Source: Hyalangium minutum
GTDB lineage: Bacteria > Myxococcota > Myxococcia > Myxococcales > Myxococcaceae
Length of the DNA: 64,000 bases
Direction of reading: 5' to 3'
NCBI RefSeq assembly: GCF_000737315.1
Contig: NZ_JMCB01000001.1
Location: 496,001 to 560,000, forward strand
The notes beneath the pieces are model-generated. The model was not told the origin of the DNA. It did not search any database and saw nothing but the letters and a program-made list of their open reading frames with translations. Below, piece after piece: positions 59,101 through 64,000 of the stretch (position 1 is its first letter; each line of letters begins with the position of its first letter). The position numbers were made by a program, and so were the translations under genes.

Positions 59101-60939
59101 GCCTACGGGAACCCCGTGACGAGCGTGCCCCAGAGCGTCACGCTGGACCTGGTGTCCAACGCCGCGGGCGGCACGCTGAGCGGCACCACCACGGTGGCGA
59201 CCGTCAACGGCGTGGCCACCTTCGGTGACCTGTCCATCGCTCGGGCGGGCACGGGCTACACGCTGACGGCCTCGGCGGGCACGCTCACGGGCGCGACCAG
59301 CTCGGCCTTCGACGTGGCGACGGGTGGCGTGGCGCGGCTGGTGTTCAAGCTGGCGCCAGCGAACACGACGGCGGGCACGCCGCTGTCCACCACCTCCGTG
59401 GAGCTGCAGGACGCGCAGGGCAACCGCGTGGACTCGTCGGCCAGCATCACCCTGTCGCTCACGGGCGGCCAGGGTGGCACGCTGGGCGGCACCACCACGG
59501 TGGCGGCCATCAACGGCGTGGCCACCTTCGGTGCTCTGTCCATCCATCAGGCCGGCGTGGGCTACCAGCTGGTGGCGCACGGGGCCGGGGCGCCGGACGC
59601 CACGAGCACGGCGTTCGACGTGGCCCACGGTCCGGTGGCGGCCCTGGTGCTCACGGTGCAGCCGGGCAACACGGCGGCGGGCACGTCCATTGCTCCCGCG
59701 GTCCGGGTGACGCTGAAGGACGCCTTCGGCAACGTGGCCACCAGCGCCACGGACGCCGTCACGGTGGCCCTGGGCAGCAACCCGCGCAACGGCACGCTGT
59801 CGGGCACGAAGACGGTCAACGCCACCAGCGGCGTGGCCACCTTCGCCAACCTGTCCATCGACAAGAAGGGCACGGGCTACACGCTCACGGCGAGCTCCGG
59901 CGCGCTGCCCACGGTGACGAGCACGGCGTTCGACATCACCAACGGCCACGGTCCGAAGCTGGTCTTCCGCACCGTGACGTCGCAGGTGACGGCGGGCGAG
60001 GCGCTGCCCGCCATCGAGGTGGAGCTGCAGGACGCGCTGGGCAACCCGTTCGACGATGCCTCGTTCAACGTGACGCTGAGCCTGGGTGAGAACACGGTGG
60101 CGGGCCAGCTCTACGGCCGCGCGACGGTGGCCTCGGCGGGCGGCGTGGCGAAGTTCGAGGGTATGAACCTGCGCAAGGCGGGCAATGGCTACACGCTGGT
60201 GGCCACGGCCCAGGGTTTCGAGGGTGCGACGAGCACGGCCTTCACGGTGGATCCGGCGGTGGCGGCCAGCTTCGCGCTGACGTTCCCGGCCAGCGTGACG
60301 GCGGGCCATGAGGCGACGCTCTCCGCGATCGCCTACGACGCCTACGGCAACTTGGCTTCCAACTACTCGGGCACAGTGATGGTGACGAGTTCCGACCCAG
60401 CGGCCCCCGCCGGCTTCAACGAGAGGTGGATCCACGGCGTTCTCAGGAGTCTCCAACTCATCCTCAAGACCTCGGGGCCGCAGCGCATCACGTTGACGGA
60501 CACCGAGAATACGGCGCTCACGGCGACGGCGCAGTTGAACGTGACGCCGTTCGCTCAGCCCACGGTGACGGTAACGGATCCGGCGGGTGGCACGAACGTC
60601 TCCGGCTCGGTCAACATCAATGCCACGGCGGCGGTGGCGCCGGGCACCACGGTGGCCAAGCTGCAGCTCTTCGTGGACGGCAAGGAGATCGCCAGCGGCA
60701 CCGAGGCGACGCTCGCCGGCACGTGGAACAGCTCGGACGCCGAGGGTGGCTCGCACGTCATCACCGCAGTCGTCACGGATGGGGCGGGCAACATGGTGAC
60801 GTCCGCTCCGGTGGTGGTCTTCACCGAGTCGGGCTGCGGCTGCGGCGCCACCTCGAGCACCGACGCCGCGGTGTACCTGGGCCTGCTGCTCCTGGCGCAC
60901 TACGCCTTCGGGCGGCGCCGCAAGCAGAGCGCGGTGTAA
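53107..60939 (+). CDS. Giant S8 (subtilisin-like) serine peptidase with FN3/Ig-like repeats and MYXO-CTERM
   Basis: DVTDSG, DGHG, AAGN, SRGP...KPDLMAPG and SGTSHSTP; lipobox LLGC; C-terminal SGCGC-hydrophobic helix-RRRK; 2610 aa. Confidence 0.92.
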   Translation: MNHPVSRLPGTGLRARSTRVLGLVGMLSLLGCEGSGNTSEPQSESVSAEQLTHKVQLTAKQAQELRERGAAVHEIADYGAFKLVQVDDKALASLPEGAELRDDYNDILLNAGTIDTASEHGQGLRGVKQQAATGKRFHLVQFAGPIQPEWYQQLEATGARIVSYIPNNAYLVYGSAPSLNSLQGLSDKAKIVQWNGEYLNDYKLHRNVQTSTSETFEVQLIKDEEANEETLELIRRLQSQSGTIQEALGYVNVHTYLKVNDLYQIATRPDVLSIQPRPMPRKFDERQNMIISGNLTGTQPNGPTWLAWLASKGFTQAQFTASGFGVDVTDSGVDNANPAAPNHFGLYTSGIVTSPSRLMYARLEGTANTGSTIQGCDGHGNLNTHIIGGYSNLTGAPFEDSAGFNYGVGVAPFVKFGSSVIFDPGTFTNPNYENLQSRAYRDGMRISSNSWGASTSAYTTDAQRYDALVRDAQPATSAVPAAGNQEMVIVFAAGNDGSTAGSVGSPGTAKNVITAGASENVQAFGGADQCGTTDAEANSAMDIVAFSSRGPTADGRKKPDLMAPGTHVSGGVAQAALSANPPTGNGGALSCFNATGVCAGPNSSNFFPVGQQWYTASSGTSHSTPAIAGGAALVRQYFINQGMAPPSAAMTKAFLMNSARYMTGTSANDTLWSNNQGMGLMDLGMGFDGVPRLLDDQSAANLFTATGQTRTFNGVIADTTKPFRVTLAWTDAPGSTTGSAWKNNLDLVVTLGSNTYKGNVFTGANSVTGGSADASNNVESVFLPAGTSGPFTVTVTATNINSDGVPNNASSLDQDFALIAYNTCQTAPPSLSDVAATATADNSVTVTWTGNGADSYNVYRATTAGGPYTRLNTAPVTGTSFVDNNVSGTITYYYVVRGVLCAEAPNSNEASVTATGTCALPPTFTGATNATSAGTSTCANTVAWAAATPTCGGSLTYSVYRSTTSGFTPSGANRIATGVTGSSYADDQGVVAGTRYYYVVRATETGGATVEETNTVERSALGSGSASVGVRFFDDFDGNRPANAAAYYLTSGTAGTFNLTTGCHWQSSNKSYRFGAAATTCGGTYGTSVQSVLSLGGNGSTAGINGFAIPSTATGAQMTFNVWYQLEASYDGVWLAYSTTGATGPWTAVGETSSTTAPYITATSYDGTIGGVTNRVWTTQTAGAAANGALKAVTVNLNPLAGRTVWFAFQTYTDTSVVYEGFYVDDIRINAEGYTACTTNTPPAGPAASYTVTGLPTTVAAGTQTTFTLTAKDSLGQTATGYTGSAIFTSSDTQAVLPASVSFTAGVATNVPVTFKTAGTRTLTAKDSAAPAITGSGSTSVTAGTAASLAFTAQPSNTVAGASITPAVKVSLADAYGNPITSGTNSVTIALGNNPGGGTLSGTTTATMAAGVATFSNLSINKAGVGYTLTASSGTLTSATSAAFNITGGPAASLTFLTQPSNGTAGVPLTPAVQVALLDAFGNRASGNNNVTVALGTNPTSSPLTGTTTVAAVDGVATFSDVALTKAGSGYKLDASSGTLTGVTSTAFDIAAAAPYRVLITQQPSDIVAGGTLTPAVKVALYDRYGNAATLATTAVSVSLGTNPSGGTLSGSTTIPAAGGVATFSNLSVDRVGSNYTLVAGASGLVADMSVGFNVLAGPPAALAFTASPSGNVTAGSAFTARVAVRDAGGNLVTGTPVQVTLALGNASGATLSGTTTATTVNGVATFTGLSVNQAGAGYSLLANASGLVSATSPDFNVVPGLVSALAFQVQPGNASAGAAIAPAVEVALKDAQGNTVTSSSASITVSLGANPAGGTLSGTRTINALNGVATFEGLSVNKAGTGYTLKASAGAINTPSSSFDVAAGPAARLSFRAAPASGTAGAVLGSVQVELQDAQGNLLTGSTSQVSLSLGGATGGTLNGTTTVAAVGGVATFDTLAIEHAATGYTLTASTAGVPNLTSGAFDIAPAAAARLVFTTQPSNSAAGAPITPAVKVALQDAYGNPVTSVPQSVTLDLVSNAAGGTLSGTTTVATVNGVATFGDLSIARAGTGYTLTASAGTLTGATSSAFDVATGGVARLVFKLAPANTTAGTPLSTTSVELQDAQGNRVDSSASITLSLTGGQGGTLGGTTTVAAINGVATFGALSIHQAGVGYQLVAHGAGAPDATSTAFDVAHGPVAALVLTVQPGNTAAGTSIAPAVRVTLKDAFGNVATSATDAVTVALGSNPRNGTLSGTKTVNATSGVATFANLSIDKKGTGYTLTASSGALPTVTSTAFDITNGHGPKLVFRTVTSQVTAGEALPAIEVELQDALGNPFDDASFNVTLSLGENTVAGQLYGRATVASAGGVAKFEGMNLRKAGNGYTLVATAQGFEGATSTAFTVDPAVAASFALTFPASVTAGHEATLSAIAYDAYGNLASNYSGTVMVTSSDPAAPAGFNERWIHGVLRSLQLILKTSGPQRITLTDTENTALTATAQLNVTPFAQPTVTVTDPAGGTNVSGSVNINATAAVAPGTTVAKLQLFVDGKEIASGTEATLAGTWNSSDAEGGSHVITAVVTDGAGNMVTSAPVVVFTESGCGCGATSSTDAAVYLGLLLLAHYAFGRRRKQSAV
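57139..60258 (+). repeat. Ten tandem ~104-aa Ig-like repeats in the S8 protein
   Basis: Recurrent LxFxxQP...AG...V...DAxGN...GTLSGTTT...GVATF..L....AG.GYTL.A...S..F. Confidence 0.88.
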
Positions 60940-60950
60940 CTCGGAGCAAA

Positions 60951-60980
60951 GCCCTGGGCGCCTGAGCGGGCGTCCGGGGC
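60951..60980 (+). terminator. Hairpin after the S8 gene
   Basis: gccctgggcgcc-tgagcg-ggcgtccggggc, a 12-bp stem with two G-U pairs, 11 nt after the stop. Confidence 0.5.
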
Positions 60981-61104
60981 GGGCCGGGCGGAGAAGGGAG
61001 TTCCGCCTGGCTGCCTCACCCCTCAGCAACTGACAGAGAATGCGCCGGCGTGGACCTTTCCACCCGGCGCATTTGTTTTACTGGGGTACAGGAGGAAGCA
61101 CCTC

Positions 61105-61488
61105 ATGGCACTGCTGGCAGGCACGATGGGCGCGTGGGCGGTGGCGCTGGTTCTCTCGACGGGCCCGGCGAAGCCGGAACAGGCGCAGGTCCTCAAGCAA
61201 CAGGCGGAGAAGCTCGCGTCCGAGGCGAAGGCGCTGGCCAAGCCGGACGGGTGCGCCCAGGTGGAGGAGTGCGAGGTGGCGGGGTTCGGCCACAAGGCAT
61301 GCGGCGGGCCGCGCGAGTTCATCGCCTACTGCGCGAAGACAACGGACGTGAAGGCGCTGCAGAGCAAGCTGGCCGAGCTCGAGAAGGCAGAGCAGGCGTG
61401 GCAGAAGGCGACAGGAGAGATGTCCAACTGCGGCCTGCAGCGCAGGCCGCCTCCCCGTTTCGTGGATGGGCAGTGCCGGACTCGGTGA
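61105..61488 (+). CDS. Small secreted hypothetical protein with paired cysteines
   Basis: RBS aggagg; hydrophobic N-terminus; six Cys (CAQVEEC, KACGG, YC, NC, QC). Confidence 0.72.
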   Translation: MALLAGTMGAWAVALVLSTGPAKPEQAQVLKQQAEKLASEAKALAKPDGCAQVEECEVAGFGHKACGGPREFIAYCAKTTDVKALQSKLAELEKAEQAWQKATGEMSNCGLQRRPPPRFVDGQCRTR

Positions 61489-61495
61489 GGCCGGA

Positions 61496-62677
61496 TCAGC
61501 CCTTCATCTTCGAGCAGGCTTCGCGGTCCGTCGCGACGCGCTTCTGCGCGCGGCTCAGCTCTTCCTGGGAGTTCGTCACCGCCTGCTGAACACTGGCCTC
61601 GGCGGCGGTCCAGGCGGCGGCGTCCTTGACCTTGAGCTCCTGGGCGATAACCAGGGACTGCTGGTCCGCCTTGTGCTGGGCCTCGACGGCCGCGGCCCAC
61701 TTCGCGTCCGCCTCGACCACCTGGTCGCACTTGGCGATCAGCTCCGGCATCAGCTTCTTGTCCTTGGACTTCTGGAACTTCATCACCGCCGCGTCATAGG
61801 CCTCGGAGGCGCTGTCGCGGGCGCCGAACCACAGCGTGCTGTCCGCCGCGCGCTGCTGGCGCACCAGCTCGTTCTGGAGGAAGCGCTGCTCGGTCAGCGG
61901 GTCCGTGGAGGGCTCGGTGGCCAGCGAGTTGAAGTGGATGAAGCGCCGGGAGAACCGCATCTCCTCCGTGGGCGCCTTCACCGGCAGGGCCGCCATCTTC
62001 TGCTGGAGGCACGTGGCCAGCGCGGTGCCCTCAGGCGTGGTGACCGGATCGAACGTCACCGTGGGAGTGGTCTGCCCCTGAGCCACCTGGACGTGAGCCA
62101 TGAGCGTGGGCGGAACCTGGGTGGTGAAGCTCGCATAGCAGTCACACCACTGCGGCTGGCCCAGGCGCACCGCGCCCGAGTAGTCCGAGCCCGCGTCCCC
62201 ACCGAGCGTAACAGCGAGGCTGCGGCCCTGCTCATGGGAGAACTCGGCCTCGGCAGTCACTGCGGCGGCGCCCTTGGGCGAGACGGTGAGCGGCACCCGA
62301 GCCTCCACGGCCTTCTGCACACAGGCCTGGCCCTCGGGGGAGAGGTTCTCACCCGAGACGGTGTATTGGCCGCCCTGGTCGGAGACCCGGGCCTTCACCA
62401 CGACGCGGGTGCTCTTGGCCTCGCCACGCGAGGTGGGCGGCACCAGGCACTCCATGACCTGCGGCCGCAGCGCCGACAGCGCGCCCAGGAGGATGTCCGG
62501 GTTCACGGGCTGGGGCAGCTGCACGGGCTGGGCGCTCTGGCAGACGGCCGTGTCGAACGGGTGCTGGTTGGAGACGCGGACCGTGTCCTGGACAGCGGCG
62601 GCCCCGTCCTTCTTCTGCACGGGAGCGCAGGAGGCGGTGAGAGCGAGGGAAGCCACGACGGCTCGACGCAACATCAT
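61496..62677 (-). CDS. Hypothetical lipoprotein (possible AgmX/PglI-type TonB-C-like domains)
   Basis: Lipobox LTASC; two domains with QACVQKAV/ATCLQQKM helices; helical C-terminus. Confidence 0.7.
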   Translation of the reverse strand: MMLRRAVVASLALTASCAPVQKKDGAAAVQDTVRVSNQHPFDTAVCQSAQPVQLPQPVNPDILLGALSALRPQVMECLVPPTSRGEAKSTRVVVKARVSDQGGQYTVSGENLSPEGQACVQKAVEARVPLTVSPKGAAAVTAEAEFSHEQGRSLAVTLGGDAGSDYSGAVRLGQPQWCDCYASFTTQVPPTLMAHVQVAQGQTTPTVTFDPVTTPEGTALATCLQQKMAALPVKAPTEEMRFSRRFIHFNSLATEPSTDPLTEQRFLQNELVRQQRAADSTLWFGARDSASEAYDAAVMKFQKSKDKKLMPELIAKCDQVVEADAKWAAAVEAQHKADQQSLVIAQELKVKDAAAWTAAEASVQQAVTNSQEELSRAQKRVATDREACSKMKG

Positions 62678-62709
62678 GAGGAGGTTCTCCCGGGTTGAGA
62701 CTGCGGGGC

Positions 62710-64000
62710 TCACTTACCAGTTTCTTCGACGACCATGGCGCTCCCTCCACCGCGGCGCCGGGGCTCGGCCACGGCGGTGACGGTGCCGTCGTCGTTGAAG
62801 CGGATGGCGGTGGTGGCGCCAATCTGGCCGCCCATGGGAGTCACATCGCGGAACACGTAGCCCTTTGCCTGGAGCGCGGCGCCCTCGGGCGAGGCGATGA
62901 ACTCGGGCTCGGCCTGGCTGGAGCCATCAGGCACGTTGCGCTGGGAGACGCGGGGAGCGCCCACGGCCTCCAGCAGCGGCATACCGAGGTCCAGGTGGTT
63001 CACGAGCGTCTGCAGCACGGTGGTGATGATGGTACTGCCCCCGGGGCTGCCGAGCGTCAGCAGAGGCTTGCCGTCCTTGAACACGAGCGTGGGAGCCATG
63101 CTGCTGCGAGGGCGCTTGCCGGGCTCGGGGATGTTGGCGTGCGGGGCGGCCGGGTTCGGGGGCACGTCGAAGTCCGTCACCTCGTTGTTGAGCATGAACC
63201 CATAGCCCGGAACGGCGATGCCACTGCCGCCCTCAGACTCGATGGTGCACGTATAGGAGACGATGTTGCCTGCCTTGTCCGAGGTGGAGATGTGCGTGGT
63301 CTCCCGGTTGGGCACATCCAGCACCGACACGAGCGAGGGAGAAGCCCCCACCTCCGCGCGAGGAACGAAGCTCGGATCCTCCTGGAAGGCGAAGGGGTTG
63401 CCCGGAGGCACCTCGCGCGTGGCCGCCTTCGTCAGGTCCATCGCCTTGCGCCGCTCGGCCGCATAGGCCTTCGAGAGCAGCCCGGACACGGGCACGTCCA
63501 CGAACTCCGGGTCAGCGACGTAAGCGCTCCGGTCCGCGAAGGCCAGCCGCGAGGCTTCGATATAGCGCTGGAGGAAATCCACCCGGCTCATGGAGGCGGG
63601 CTCATCCGCCTCGAGCAGGTTCAGGGCCAGCTCCACGGCAATACTTCCACTGGTGGGCGCGCCCATGCCGTAGAGGGTGTAGCCACGGTAAGTGCTCTTC
63701 ACGGGCTCGCGAATGCGCGCCTCGTAGTCCGCCAGATCCGACAGCTGCATCACGCCCGGGCGTACCTTCTTCGGGGCGCCGGGCACCACCGGCGGATGCG
63801 CCAGCGTCTCCACGATGGCCTTGGCGATCTCACCTCGATAGAAGGCGCGACTGCCGCCCTCGGCCACCAGCCGGTACGTCTTCGCCAGGTCCGGGTTCTT
63901 GAACACCGAGCCCACGGGGTACGGCTTTCCCTCGGGCGTCAGCAGGAGCTGGGCAGTGCTGGAGAACATCTTGAAGCGGTCCAGGTTGCGCGAGGTCTGC
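62710..64000 (-). CDS. ggt: Gamma-glutamyltransferase (5' part lies outside the window)
   Basis: ETTHIS nucleophile Thr, FMLNNE, PGKRPRSSMAPT and GSPGGSTI; frame open to the window end. Confidence 0.93.
   Translation of the reverse strand, partial: QTSRNLDRFKMFSSTAQLLLTPEGKPYPVGSVFKNPDLAKTYRLVAEGGSRAFYRGEIAKAIVETLAHPPVVPGAPKKVRPGVMQLSDLADYEARIREPVKSTYRGYTLYGMGAPTSGSIAVELALNLLEADEPASMSRVDFLQRYIEASRLAFADRSAYVADPEFVDVPVSGLLSKAYAAERRKAMDLTKAATREVPPGNPFAFQEDPSFVPRAEVGASPSLVSVLDVPNRETTHISTSDKAGNIVSYTCTIESEGGSGIAVPGYGFMLNNEVTDFDVPPNPAAPHANIPEPGKRPRSSMAPTLVFKDGKPLLTLGSPGGSTIITTVLQTLVNHLDLGMPLLEAVGAPRVSQRNVPDGSSQAEPEFIASPEGAALQAKGYVFRDVTPMGGQIGATTAIRFNDDGTVTAVAEPRRRGGGSAMVVEETGK

Noticed and set aside
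57139-60470. CRISPR array or DGR target
   Set aside because: The repeats are degenerate in-frame protein repeats without spacers; no cas genes, reverse transcriptase or template repeat were seen.

Overview
High-GC myxobacterial chromosome segment, most consistent with Cystobacterineae (MYXO-CTERM proteins, ELWxxDGT repeats, a SitA-like toxin). About 48 credible CDSs; no rRNA, tRNA, CRISPR array, transposase or integrase recognised. The region is accessory-rich, with surface/secreted proteins (ELWxxDGT-HYR, a 2610-aa S8 protease with 10 tandem Ig-like repeats, CBM-fused hydrolases), eukaryote-like lipid enzymes (MFE-2/HSD17B4-like fusion plus SCPx-type thiolase, a fungal-type sphingolipid C9-methyltransferase homolog, a cholesterol-oxidase-like GMC), an AHH toxin/Imm11 pair, amrB-amrA without a radical SAM gene, a polar amino acid ABC transporter and an octaheme cytochrome c. 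The standout observation is a small ORF at 4393-4779. Its in-frame TGA (4615-4617) is followed by 53 more coding-like codons and a hairpin positioned like a bacterial SECIS, making it a candidate unannotated selenoprotein. Product calls come from motif recognition by eye; no database searches were run.
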